This document shows, one piece after another, positions 30,026 to 40,131 of a stretch of DNA of 64,000 bases. Source of the stretch: a virus (lineage: Duplodnaviria; Caudoviricetes); the IMG/VR virus record IMGVR_UViG_3300030433_001574, positions 43,204-107,203 of that record; one strand, 5' to 3'. Numbering within the stretch: position 1 is the first letter of the stretch; each line of letters begins with the position of its first letter. Position numbers and translations under genes: made by a program. Below the pieces are notes generated by a model. The model ran no database searches and was not told the origin of the DNA. It saw only the letters and a program-made list of their open reading frames with translations.

Positions 30026-33000
30026 TCACTCTTCTTCATCCTCATCGTCCAAATCGCTGTGCTGCTTGCGTTTTTTTCGCTCTAAGCGTTTGTTACGCAC
30101 ATGCTCGTATTCTTCTTCCGAATCTTCTGTCGGGCGCTCAATCATGTCCCAGTCGGGAACACTTTCTTCACTGGTCAGGCTGGTTGGGCCTCGTGGTGAT
30201 TCAACTGCATCACCTACGTCGATACCCAATCCTTGAGCCGCTACTCGACCTGACATCTTTTCTTTCTGTAGGTTGTCAATTCGTTCTGTCAAGTCAGCGA
30301 TACGAGTAATTGTCTTGAGCATTGTTTTCATACTGGGCTTCATGATGTTCATTTCATCATCGGCATCAATGATACCAGCCGATTGTTTTTCGCTGTGCCT
30401 TCTGTCTTTTTCAGAATGCATGGAATGATAGGTCTTGTCAGGAATAATCTCTTCGACTACAGTATCGTCTTTCTTATCGACTCCTTTGAGCATCAACGAC
30501 ACAGCCTGATTCCATAGCGGTCTAACGCTTTCGGCCAGTTGAAGCGTGTAGTCAGACTGGCTCAACTCACCCATAACAGAGTGTGGCGAGTGCGCCCAAT
30601 TTCCAGTATGACTGGATTCTGCCTTGTAAACAACCTCGTCTAAGCCATCAAAAACAATGGATATTCTGTCATCTTTGAGAGTAATATCGTATGGAACTGG
30701 GATAACTGGGTGAGATTTTGCCAGTAGAGATAGCGTCTCAAGACTTGCTGGACTCTCGGCATCAGCCTCTCCTACTATCTTTGAAGAGGTTACATCGTAG
30801 ATTGTTTTCCCGTTTCGATTCCGCTTTTTAACACCCGATACAGATATGGAAACCGTGTCACCTTCTTTGAATGGCTTGGGGCTTTTGATAGTCCCAACAT
30901 CGAGATACTGCTTACCATCATAATCAACACCTCGATTACCAAAGCCTTCTGAGTCGAGTGGCCCTGCTCCTAAACGATAGGTGTATGGCCCTTTACCTCG
31001 TGCATCCAAGATAATGAAACTGACATTCTTGTTCTTACGAAGCAAGAACCACTTTGGATGTCTACGCTCTCCTCGCATGTAAGTTGAATTGCCATCACGG
31101 AGCAGTAGTTGCTTGTGCTCTTCTTGTAAACTCTCTACTGTAGCCTGAAGTCCACCATCTTCTGTGATGCGAGTATCATAAGGGCCGGGAACTAAGACGT
31201 TATCGTGACTGTCGAACTGACCCCTTAGAATTTTGAGTCGCTCTCTTACTGTCATATCTGACACATTTGTGTCATCGTAGTCAAGCAGGTCAATGATGTG
31301 GATGTTGTCTTTCATTTGCACTGCGTCGATAATGTAGTTCTTCTCGGTCAGTTTCTTGAGACTCGCTTTGTTTTCTTCACTTATCGGCACTGCGTTATTA
31401 TCGCCGTCGTAAGCAGTAAAGCGATTCCCCTTTCGCATGATTATCATACGCTCACCATCGTAGAATGCTGAGACAACCCAATCACCGCTAAACCCTCGCA
31501 GTGCTTCAAAATCTTTGAGACTGAAGATACGATGCATTGGTAGAATAGGAGGAGGGCGAGCCTTGTCTTCTTTCAACAAAGCATCAGGGTTCATCAACAC
31601 CATCAGTGTTTCAGATGGGTCGCTTGTCGAGATATTCATAGCGTCAATGTTTGGAGGTAGACCAGTGATGTCAGGACGATTCATGTTGGTAGTAGCAACA
31701 GGAACTTGATAGCCTGATGACAATACTTGTTGAACTGCGTCTTGACCATGAACAGCGGTCATCAACTCTTCAGGAATGCTGTGCAAATACTCAGGCTCTG
31801 TGTTTGTGCCTACCATGATGGTTTTGTTACCGGGGAACTCAGCACCAACAGATGGATGCAATTGTGCGTAACCGCTGTCCATTGTGCCTGACACAAACAT
31901 ATCTTGGACACTAACGCCTCGACCACCCACAGCAGGGTGAATTGGGAACATACCAAAGTTTGCTTCTTGGATTTTTGTAGGAGGTGCTACTACCTTTTCC
32001 ATCGTCTGTGCTTTCGTTGGGTCGAATACAAAGAGGTCGTGAACCTTGCTTTTGGCGTTGTTGATTGGTTGGTTCATATGCCCTTTTAGACTACCAATAG
32101 CATTCATTTTCTTACCGTAGTCTCTTTCACGGTCTGTAAGTTGAACACGACTTAGACCATGTAAGTTGAGTTGATTTTGTTGGTTAGGTCTGAAGAGTGT
32201 CTCTAACTGTGTCAAACTTTTTCCATACTTATCTCGGAAAACACCAGCGAATTTTCTATCAGCCTTCATTCTACCAGTAGGGTCTTCTTTAGCCGATGGT
32301 CGAGTTTGGATATGCTCTCTTAGAATAGACTCAATCGCTTCGTGATGGTCGTCGGTGGTAAACATGTCATTTGTTTCTTCACCAGTGAAACTAACACCTG
32401 AGCCTAACAAATCACCATGTCGTAGAACTTTGACAGGTGCATCCATACCTTCAAGCAATCTTGTAATCATGTGATTGTGAGCATCATCGTTTGGTAAATT
32501 AAGAAGAGAGCGAACCTTTTCAGGAGAGTGTGTAGGTAAAATCTCTTTACCAGCAGCACCCAAGACGCTTGCTATAGTGTGGTGAGGCGATACAACATCT
32601 TCGCCTTGAGAAAGCAATTCACTGGCGCTTTTTTGCTCTCTCATGATTTCACCATAACCATGCGTCTCTAAGCCATGCGTCTCATGAGGTAATCGCAACA
32701 AAGCAAGGTTAGCATCCTTGAATAAGCGAGAAGTATTTGCTATGAACTTGTCAGGGAACTCAGGGTTGAAAGCATCGGGGTCGGCCTTTTCATATTCAGG
32801 CTTTATTTTCTGAGCCATAGCCAAAATAGCATTTAGGTCGGCTTCGTCTTTTGCTTCTGAATGGTTTGCTAAATGCTCAAACTGATTAAGAAAATCAGGT
32901 TGAGCCTGTGCATGAATGTCATCAATTTCAGCCTCTATTTCATGCAGTCGTAGATTGGCTTGTGCGTATTCATCGCTACCCTGTTCCATACTTTCGATGG

Positions 33001-35530
33001 CGATGCTAATATCATCATACTCATCATCCAATTCTTGAACAGCATCTCGTTGCGATTCAGTTAGCATTCCCTTTACGTCATCTTTCTTTTTCTTATGTCC
33101 TTGATGAATACGAAACAGTTCTTTGCTATTTTCATTATGACTCAGCCTCGCATCAGCAGGTAGATTGCTTCGACTAAGACGACGATGCTGCTTCATAGGC
33201 TCGTGTGGGGGATGAAGACGACCACCCATTGTTGCATTGCGATGAGATTTTACTGAGTTTGTATGCGATTGTGTAAGTTGCATACCCATACCACCTATAG
33301 CGTTGATTGGATTTGAACTAAAGTGATTTTCTGAATCTTTGAGTGTATTTAGAGCAGCACCGTTGTAGTAAATCTCTCTTTCTTTATCGCTCATGTAACG
33401 AATCGCATTCGCATATTCTCCGTTCAAAGAAGATGCTTGTCGAAAGGGCATGTTCTTGTTGTTTCTTGGTTTACGATGAATGTGATTTGAAGCATCCCAT
33501 AGAGAAGCGATACCATGTCCTCCAATGTGCTCTCTTATGATTTTTGAATACAGAGAAGGAACGTATCGACCCCAAAGCCCTATTGTCTTTGCATTAGGAA
33601 TAAACTCATTACCCTCAACTTTACCGATGACTGAAAAACCCTGAGCGTCTTTTGGTAAGGAGTCATGTATCATCTCCAAATAATGCACGACGTTTCTACC
33701 CATACCACCTTGATGATGAAACTCATCAGCAAAGTGAGCACCAAGCCCAATGATGTTACCCATATCGTCTGTGAGGTAATGTTCTCTTTCATCTACTGGA
33801 ATATCAGTGATGTCGTAACCGTTTGAGCCTCCATGATGAAACCAATCGTGATTACGAACTGGCTTCTGTTCTTTGTTCTCCTTAGCCAACTCTTGCGCTC
33901 TGTCTATGATTTGCTTGATTTTAGTCTGAGAAACAAGTGGCCCTTCATATCCAAGTAGTAGAGGGTGTGAGTCCATTTCAGTCATGTCTTCATTGTAACC
34001 CATAAGAGCCAGCATTGTTTTTACATCTACAAAATTTTGCTCTTTTTCATCAAGCACCTTCAACTCCTGAAGAATACCTTCACCATGATGAAGTGGATGT
34101 GCCTTTGCACCTTCGTGAATTTTTGCACCCTGTCGCATCGCTCTAACTGGTAGTTGGTTGATGAAATCTTCATCTTCATCGGGCGGTTTTTCAAACGCAC
34201 CAACATCAAGAGCATCCTTGTGCTCAGTAAGAAGTTCATTGTATTCACTCAAAAGGTTGTCATAGACAGATATTGAAGACTCGTTATCGCTATCAAAAGG
34301 CGTATCTTGCATCGCCTGTATCAAGGATTGATTAAGGAATCTCTGTTCTCCGTTTGGAACGTCATCAATTGTTTCGTAGTGTCTCCTAACATTCGCACCA
34401 TGAATGTGCTGTGGTCGCATGTAGTGGTCAAACTCACCAGTAAATCGCTGAGCAAGGTTTCGTTTAATACGCCCAGCGCTGATGCTCATACCATTACCTA
34501 AGTCGATGTTTTGAACATCGTGAGCATCTGTGCCTTTTTCGTGAATGTGGTCGATAACCTTCTGTCTTTCAAGCGGAGATAAAAATTCCAAACCGTAGAG
34601 ATAGCCCTCATATCCCAGCGCTTCTCTAAGCGGTTTTGCTTCAAGGTCAGCCTCACTTGCGCCGCTGTAAAGATAGTCTTGAATCTCTTGTTCTGTCATA
34701 CCCTCCTTTGGGTCATACATCTCACTGTGATACTGGTCGCCTTCCCATCTGTCAGCAGCGTCTTCAAAGTGCATCAATTGTAGAGCGTGCTCGTGCTCAG
34801 CAGGTATGGGGTATTTGTCCATCATTTCATTGACGGCCGCTGGGTTTTCTCCTTTCCATCGTTCAAAGTCTCGGAGATAAAGGTCGTAGGCATAGTTGTC
34901 TTTCAAAGGCCCAAGATGATTGTAGTGCTTAACATCCTTACCTACTGCGTTGTCAAACTTTGTCTTACCAATTACCGACAAGTTGTTTTGCTTTTGCTCA
35001 TAACTTTCTTTGCCTTTTTCGGCTTCTTTGTATCGTTCAGCCAAACTCTTACCACCCGGTTCAGATGGTAAGTAGAAGCGTCGTAACTTTTCTGTCATTT
35101 TTGACCTACCAGTTATGGCGTGCTTCTGACGTAGAGGATGGTGGTTTTTGTGATGAGGATGCGACTCAGGATAATGTTGCCCTTGAGCGAACTCAGCATG
35201 AGGGAACGAAGAAGCCAAATCAAACAAGGAGCGCTCTCTCATACGTCCTTGCCACGGATGGTTACCAATCCGCATCTCTGCGCCTCGTTCAAAACTAAAC
35301 ACACCCTTCTGTTTCTTATCGAATCGGTGTCGCTTTTTCTTGGCTTGCTTGAGCAACGAATCACAGATTTCATCCATAGGTGTCGCATCAATACGAATGC
35401 CGTGATTTTCTAAATTCATCTTAGCAAAGTGAAAGTCTCCAACAGCGTTAGGAATGTCGATACCATCTATGATTGATTTGAGAAGTTCGTTACGACTTCT
35501 GTAATACCAATCAGATGGCGTTTCAATCAA
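30026..35530 (-). CDS. 1834-aa head-module protein with C-terminal ATP-dependent DNA ligase-like (adenylation + OB) region lacking the catalytic Lys
   Basis: WVVSAFYDGERM (motif I), YIIDAVQ, IHIIDLLDYD, TVRERLKIL, QLLLRD.NSTYMRGERRHPKWFLLRK; lies between portal and protease. Confidence 0.8.
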   Translation of the reverse strand: MIETPSDWYYRSRNELLKSIIDGIDIPNAVGDFHFAKMNLENHGIRIDATPMDEICDSLLKQAKKKRHRFDKKQKGVFSFERGAEMRIGNHPWQGRMRERSLFDLASSFPHAEFAQGQHYPESHPHHKNHHPLRQKHAITGRSKMTEKLRRFYLPSEPGGKSLAERYKEAEKGKESYEQKQNNLSVIGKTKFDNAVGKDVKHYNHLGPLKDNYAYDLYLRDFERWKGENPAAVNEMMDKYPIPAEHEHALQLMHFEDAADRWEGDQYHSEMYDPKEGMTEQEIQDYLYSGASEADLEAKPLREALGYEGYLYGLEFLSPLERQKVIDHIHEKGTDAHDVQNIDLGNGMSISAGRIKRNLAQRFTGEFDHYMRPQHIHGANVRRHYETIDDVPNGEQRFLNQSLIQAMQDTPFDSDNESSISVYDNLLSEYNELLTEHKDALDVGAFEKPPDEDEDFINQLPVRAMRQGAKIHEGAKAHPLHHGEGILQELKVLDEKEQNFVDVKTMLALMGYNEDMTEMDSHPLLLGYEGPLVSQTKIKQIIDRAQELAKENKEQKPVRNHDWFHHGGSNGYDITDIPVDEREHYLTDDMGNIIGLGAHFADEFHHQGGMGRNVVHYLEMIHDSLPKDAQGFSVIGKVEGNEFIPNAKTIGLWGRYVPSLYSKIIREHIGGHGIASLWDASNHIHRKPRNNKNMPFRQASSLNGEYANAIRYMSDKEREIYYNGAALNTLKDSENHFSSNPINAIGGMGMQLTQSHTNSVKSHRNATMGGRLHPPHEPMKQHRRLSRSNLPADARLSHNENSKELFRIHQGHKKKKDDVKGMLTESQRDAVQELDDEYDDISIAIESMEQGSDEYAQANLRLHEIEAEIDDIHAQAQPDFLNQFEHLANHSEAKDEADLNAILAMAQKIKPEYEKADPDAFNPEFPDKFIANTSRLFKDANLALLRLPHETHGLETHGYGEIMREQKSASELLSQGEDVVSPHHTIASVLGAAGKEILPTHSPEKVRSLLNLPNDDAHNHMITRLLEGMDAPVKVLRHGDLLGSGVSFTGEETNDMFTTDDHHEAIESILREHIQTRPSAKEDPTGRMKADRKFAGVFRDKYGKSLTQLETLFRPNQQNQLNLHGLSRVQLTDRERDYGKKMNAIGSLKGHMNQPINNAKSKVHDLFVFDPTKAQTMEKVVAPPTKIQEANFGMFPIHPAVGGRGVSVQDMFVSGTMDSGYAQLHPSVGAEFPGNKTIMVGTNTEPEYLHSIPEELMTAVHGQDAVQQVLSSGYQVPVATTNMNRPDITGLPPNIDAMNISTSDPSETLMVLMNPDALLKEDKARPPPILPMHRIFSLKDFEALRGFSGDWVVSAFYDGERMIIMRKGNRFTAYDGDNNAVPISEENKASLKKLTEKNYIIDAVQMKDNIHIIDLLDYDDTNVSDMTVRERLKILRGQFDSHDNVLVPGPYDTRITEDGGLQATVESLQEEHKQLLLRDGNSTYMRGERRHPKWFLLRKNKNVSFIILDARGKGPYTYRLGAGPLDSEGFGNRGVDYDGKQYLDVGTIKSPKPFKEGDTVSISVSGVKKRNRNGKTIYDVTSSKIVGEADAESPASLETLSLLAKSHPVIPVPYDITLKDDRISIVFDGLDEVVYKAESSHTGNWAHSPHSVMGELSQSDYTLQLAESVRPLWNQAVSLMLKGVDKKDDTVVEEIIPDKTYHSMHSEKDRRHSEKQSAGIIDADDEMNIMKPSMKTMLKTITRIADLTERIDNLQKEKMSGRVAAQGLGIDVGDAVESPRGPTSLTSEESVPDWDMIERPTEDSEEEYEHVRNKRLERKKRKQHSDLDDEDEEE

Positions 35531-35542
35531 TCAAAGACCCCC

Positions 35543-36364
35543 TCAATAGGGGCTGTTGCTGAGAACCCCGTTGTTGTCAAGACGGCTTACTCCGCCACCT
35601 TCGTGTGGGTTCAACATAGAGGCCAACTTGTCAAGACTGACTTGCACTGATGTAGCGCCTTTGTTGGCAACGTCTTCAGCGTTGTATGGATATTGATTAG
35701 TTGTGTAGTAGGCGTTTCTTGTTTGACCACCAGTTTCAGACATAAACATGACACCCATTGGGGAAGAGTCATACGATGTAGCAAAGCCGGGTTGAGAACC
35801 TTCGGCAACTGCTTTTTCGACTGTCACTCTTGGGCTTTTATCACTCAAAGGCATTTGCTCGTTGCTTCGGAAGCCGGGTCGCTTGACTGCGACACCACGC
35901 CTTTCACCACGCTTTTGCTGTCGAGGTGGGCCTTCGTTCATTCTGAAATCACTTTCACCAGTATCTTCTCGCATAGGCATTTCAGCCATTGGAGACATGT
36001 CAGGGTTATCAGGGAAACTTCGTGGTTGTCGTGGTTCGGGGGCTTCACCCATGTTTCTCTTTTGTGCGTCAGCGATTGTGAATGTGTTGGCTTTCATTTT
36101 GTCGTCTTTGTCAGCCTTTGATTTCATATCTTTTGCACCCTTACCATCAGCGGCAAATTTAGGAACTTTCTTACCATCATGTTCAACCATTTCAAGACCC
36201 TTTTCCATAGCGTTGCAACCAGTCTTACAACTTCCCATTTTGGTCATTTTACCGCACTCATCGCATTTTGCTTTTTCAAGTGTATCAATACGCTCAGAAA
36301 GATACTGGGCTTTGTTCATCAGGTCAAGTGCTTGTCTACTCATTGGGGATGGTATTGGCTTCAT
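35543..36364 (-). CDS. Hypothetical head-associated protein, 273 aa
   Basis: In the head operon with GAGGTGA RBS; CDEC...C...C cluster and several EK-A/G junctions. Confidence 0.7.
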   Translation of the reverse strand: MKPIPSPMSRQALDLMNKAQYLSERIDTLEKAKCDECGKMTKMGSCKTGCNAMEKGLEMVEHDGKKVPKFAADGKGAKDMKSKADKDDKMKANTFTIADAQKRNMGEAPEPRQPRSFPDNPDMSPMAEMPMREDTGESDFRMNEGPPRQQKRGERRGVAVKRPGFRSNEQMPLSDKSPRVTVEKAVAEGSQPGFATSYDSSPMGVMFMSETGGQTRNAYYTTNQYPYNAEDVANKGATSVQVSLDKLASMLNPHEGGGVSRLDNNGVLSNSPY

Positions 36365-36708
36365 TGTGTCACCTCTGTTGATTTTGCTTGTTCGGCCATT
36401 TCATGAATTTCCTCCCAAGACATTAAGTGAATTTCGTTGTTTGTGTATTCGTTCTGACTCTTCAATAAAGCAGAATCATCAGACGTTCCTACACCGATGT
36501 CTCCTCTAAATGCGTCAGTGGAAACATCTTGGCTTAGCGGTGTCATAGTGGCTACAAACCCTGCTTTTCTTAGCATTGAAATAGGGTCACTCAAAGCCTG
36601 TTTGAGTTGTATGTTTTCTGTTTTCAAAACCTGAAGGTCGCTGTCCATGTTTTCCATTTTTGTAATCAGAGCATTCATCAAACGCTCAGCAGTGGATTCT
36701 TCGGACAT
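36361..36708 (-). CDS. Coiled-coil protein sharing a C-terminal motif with the scaffold
   Basis: MSWEEIHEMA compared with protease/scaffold MSWDEVHQLA; GGTGA RBS. Confidence 0.7.
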   Translation of the reverse strand: MSEESTAERLMNALITKMENMDSDLQVLKTENIQLKQALSDPISMLRKAGFVATMTPLSQDVSTDAFRGDIGVGTSDDSALLKSQNEYTNNEIHLMSWEEIHEMAEQAKSTEVTQ

Positions 36709-36718
36709 TTAATCACCT

Positions 36719-37066
36719 TCATTGAACGTAACGACCAAACGTGCCAGTGTGCTTTGTAAATCCACGACCTACTCGACCTGAGATAATTGTGCCGGGTAGC
36801 ACGTCGCTTCGTTGAACAGAGTTGAGGCGCTCTCCAGTTTCGTTCATCTTCATCAGAGTCGATTCGCCGGGTGCGACAACAGCAACTGCGTTTTCCGCTT
36901 TCTTGATAGCCGAATGAATATCATCGTTCAAATATCCAGCGAACTTTAGAATTTCATTGAGATGCTGTTGTGCAGCAAACGGGTCACTGCTCTCCAATGC
37001 TTTGTTAAAAGCATCTGTGTGAACAGTTAGTTTTCGTGCCATAGGATTCATTTTGATTAAGTCCAT
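36719..37066 (-). CDS. Hypothetical head-module protein, 115 aa
   Basis: Protein-like ORF between portal and head genes. Confidence 0.7.
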   Translation of the reverse strand: MDLIKMNPMARKLTVHTDAFNKALESSDPFAAQQHLNEILKFAGYLNDDIHSAIKKAENAVAVVAPGESTLMKMNETGERLNSVQRSDVLPGTIISGRVGRGFTKHTGTFGRYVQ

Positions 37067-37111
37067 AATCTCGCCTCTACTGTAATCGTAGTGATACCAC
37101 CCTAAATAGTG

Positions 37112-38878
37112 TTACTGTCCTCTCAACCTTCTACTGTTCTGTAATCTCGATGCATTTTGCTGAGGGAGAGTTGGTTGTAGACCTCGTTGTTGAACGCTGG
37201 TTACAGGAGCACCAGCGCCGGGACTACCCCTTTGCTGAGGTCTTGCTGGTGAACGTGGAGTTCGTATTCCCATGCCTTCACCACCGGGCTGAGATGGAGG
37301 CATCATCTGAGGAGGCATTCGACCACCTTGCATCATTTGAGGAGGCATACCGCCTTGCGGTAGCGGCATGGCCTGTCTTGGCGGCATACCTCCGCCCGGC
37401 GGCATACCTCCACCGCCCGGTGGCATTCCACCTGCTGGTGGTTGAGCGCCTTGTTGCTCCTCTTGTTTTCGATAAATGAAGCGAATGTCACGTTCACCCT
37501 CTTCCATCAGTTCAGGTTTGTAACCAAGCATAGCCATACGCTGAGCGAGATTAACCTCCATCTCGTCACGGCGTAGTCTTGTGATTTCATCTTCTTCTTC
37601 GTTTGGATAAAGTGTGAGTTTCCAATCTGTAACATCCAACTCTTTGAGCATACGAGGGAACAGAACTTCAGTATACACCTTCTGTCCATATTCTACTGCT
37701 CGGTTTGTTACAAGAATCTGTAGACCCTCGTTGTTCAAACCGCCAGCCTTACCATTGTCAATCATAAAAATAGAAGAGACACCATAGAAAGCAGCGATGC
37801 GGTTTCGTATTTCATCACGCACAGCGATGTATTGCATCTCTTCAAGTGTGTCCATGAACTTAATCCAATTGACACCACCACGACCCGATGCTGACTCAAT
37901 ACCAACTTTTGGAATGTAATGAGGGTCACGTTCCATCTTTTCATCAACACCCTTCCAAAACGATTTCATTGATTCAAGGTTGTCAGTGGTGACACTCACA
38001 ATACCCTTTGGAATCCTACGCTTCTGATAGGCTGTGTAGATGTAGTTGTCCATAGCGGTCAGCGTCATGGCCTGTCGCCAAAGTGTATTGACAGGAGCAC
38101 GACCATACAATTTACCGGGATTGTATTTTGAAAGATGAATCACCTCGCCTTTCATGAAGTATTGATTCTTACCTGAACCTGCCATATTGACATAGTGAGC
38201 ATCGACCAAACGAGAGCCACAGACCTGACACTTTGGTTCTTGACCGGGATAAGCAACTTGGTCACGATGAATACGGCAAATCTTGTATCGACCACCACGG
38301 ACACCACGTTTATCAGCGATGATTCTCATGAAGATAGGGTCACCACGAATCAATTCTTTGATTCTGTAAAACTGCACTTCTCCAGTTTTTTCATCGACGT
38401 AATACTCCTTAATCATCAGAAGAAACGCATCGTCTACAATGTTGAGGTCACGTTCAATCTCATGGAGAACTTGCATGAAACTTTGTTCCATAGAGTTCTC
38501 TTGTTGCAACAGCCATTTACCGTATACAACTTGTTCAGGGTCAGGGTCACGAACTTCCCCACCACATGATGTGCATTCAGTAACTTCGTGTTGAAACTCT
38601 TCTTCACATTCAACACACTTCTTACGAAACTTCTTTTCCCAAAAGTAACCTCTACGGAATATCTCTTGACCGAGTTTTGTGATGACAGTTCTGAGAATAA
38701 GATTCTCATTTGAAACAGCATACAGCGCTGGTAAGGTGATACCTTGTGCTAAGACTGGCTCTTGTATACCAGTGGTATACAATGGCATTTGAGGTTGAGG
38801 TGTTGTTCTTCTTCTGAAAGGGTTGGCTAATGTGCTAAGGAATCGACCAACAATACCTTTTTGTTCATCAGCCATCAT
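37112..38878 (-). CDS. Portal protein
   Basis: ERDLNIVDDAF, GEVIHLSKYNPGKLYGRAP, RNRIAAFYGVS portal motifs; two Zn-ribbon inserts; P/G/M/Q-rich tail. Confidence 0.88.
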   Translation of the reverse strand: MMADEQKGIVGRFLSTLANPFRRRTTPQPQMPLYTTGIQEPVLAQGITLPALYAVSNENLILRTVITKLGQEIFRRGYFWEKKFRKKCVECEEEFQHEVTECTSCGGEVRDPDPEQVVYGKWLLQQENSMEQSFMQVLHEIERDLNIVDDAFLLMIKEYYVDEKTGEVQFYRIKELIRGDPIFMRIIADKRGVRGGRYKICRIHRDQVAYPGQEPKCQVCGSRLVDAHYVNMAGSGKNQYFMKGEVIHLSKYNPGKLYGRAPVNTLWRQAMTLTAMDNYIYTAYQKRRIPKGIVSVTTDNLESMKSFWKGVDEKMERDPHYIPKVGIESASGRGGVNWIKFMDTLEEMQYIAVRDEIRNRIAAFYGVSSIFMIDNGKAGGLNNEGLQILVTNRAVEYGQKVYTEVLFPRMLKELDVTDWKLTLYPNEEEDEITRLRRDEMEVNLAQRMAMLGYKPELMEEGERDIRFIYRKQEEQQGAQPPAGGMPPGGGGMPPGGGMPPRQAMPLPQGGMPPQMMQGGRMPPQMMPPSQPGGEGMGIRTPRSPARPQQRGSPGAGAPVTSVQQRGLQPTLPQQNASRLQNSRRLRGQ

Positions 38879-40107
38879 AGTCCCTCCCTGTATTTACCGA
38901 TTGTATCTACGTCAATTCCCCAACCATCTAACAAAGCACGAGATTTTTTCCTGTCATCTTTCCAGTTTTCATATCGCACTAAGCGTTTGAGTTCTTCTTT
39001 ACGAGTCTTATCTTTCTCGTCAAGATATGCCAAAACAGCCTTTGCTTGAGTAGACTTCATCTTGAGATGAGGGGACACCCCATCAAGTAACTTTCGTAAA
39101 TCAGCCTTTGAGTAGAATTGTAAACGATGTTGGCTTCTCTGAGAATCTTTGTAGACTTTGTTATCAACAGAGAGAACACCGCATTCTAATGTCTTGAACA
39201 AATCTTCACAATGCACTTTACCTCTATCACCAGTTGCTATCATACCAGCACGAGGTTCACCACGCTCTGTGATTGTAATGTAACCATCAGCATCAATAAA
39301 ACCAGCGCTATACGACCACACATCTTTCATTACCAAACCGTCACTGGCGATGATAACATATTCACCACGACGAGGTGCTTTGACAATATCGTAATCTTCA
39401 CCATACATATTCATGAGTGTTGTGAGTTTTCTGTCTGTTTGCGCTTTCTTCAACATACCAGCATCAGAAAAATTACTGCGTATGGTCGTGACCTTCATTG
39501 GCCCTTTTTCCATCAGTTCTTTTGCAGCAAACTGTAGAAAGTCTTGTTCGGCTTTCTTCAGTTTGTCCGTTGGTTGTAATGTAGAAGACCACATTTTACG
39601 AGCCTCGCTTCTGTCTCGCATAGCACCAGCCCAAGCCTGTTGCTCTTCAACTCCCCAAACATCTTCATGCTCATCCAACATCTTCAGCGTCTGTTCAGCG
39701 TTATCCCATAGCATACATGCACGCTCAAGATTAACACATCGAGATTCACCGAATTTGCGTAGACTCTTGAGTTTACGGTCATCAAGACCGAGTTGCTTAA
39801 TGATGTCTTCATAGCCATCAGCCCAAGAAAGTGAATTGATTGTCATATCGGTTTCAAGCGACTTAATCATACGGACATCTTTGATGAAGTTGTCAATCTC
39901 ATCACGATTGTCTTTGTTCGCTCTTCGTGCCTTTCGCAAACGCTTTACCAATGTCTCAGCGTTACAACCGAGTGTTGCTTCAAACCAACCGTCTCCGTTA
40001 GGAGCGAAGTGATGTTGCTTCTTAATCGGCTTGACCTCTTCGTAAGGAACAGGCGTAAACGACACGACTTCACCAAAGTCATCTTCAATCAACGCTGACC
40101 CCCACAT
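38875..40107 (-). CDS. Protein with C-terminal LAGLIDADG endonuclease domain and long helical N-terminus
   Basis: WSYSAGFIDADGYITI...LLDGVSPHLKMKSTQAKAV. Confidence 0.8.
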   Translation of the reverse strand: MWGSALIEDDFGEVVSFTPVPYEEVKPIKKQHHFAPNGDGWFEATLGCNAETLVKRLRKARRANKDNRDEIDNFIKDVRMIKSLETDMTINSLSWADGYEDIIKQLGLDDRKLKSLRKFGESRCVNLERACMLWDNAEQTLKMLDEHEDVWGVEEQQAWAGAMRDRSEARKMWSSTLQPTDKLKKAEQDFLQFAAKELMEKGPMKVTTIRSNFSDAGMLKKAQTDRKLTTLMNMYGEDYDIVKAPRRGEYVIIASDGLVMKDVWSYSAGFIDADGYITITERGEPRAGMIATGDRGKVHCEDLFKTLECGVLSVDNKVYKDSQRSQHRLQFYSKADLRKLLDGVSPHLKMKSTQAKAVLAYLDEKDKTRKEELKRLVRYENWKDDRKKSRALLDGWGIDVDTIGKYREGL

Positions 40108-40131
40108 AATTTGACCTCACTATTGACCTAT

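Noticed and set aside
30026-35530. Active DNA ligase call
   Set aside because: The motif I Lys and other catalytic residues are substituted.
35862-36509. 215-aa plus-strand ORF
   Set aside because: Antisense to two well-coupled head genes.
37330-37440. GC-rich tandem repeats as a DNA element
   Set aside because: They encode the GGMPP repeats of the portal tail.
38875-40107. Intein or group I intron
   Set aside because: Flanking genes are uninterrupted and no intein splice residues are visible.
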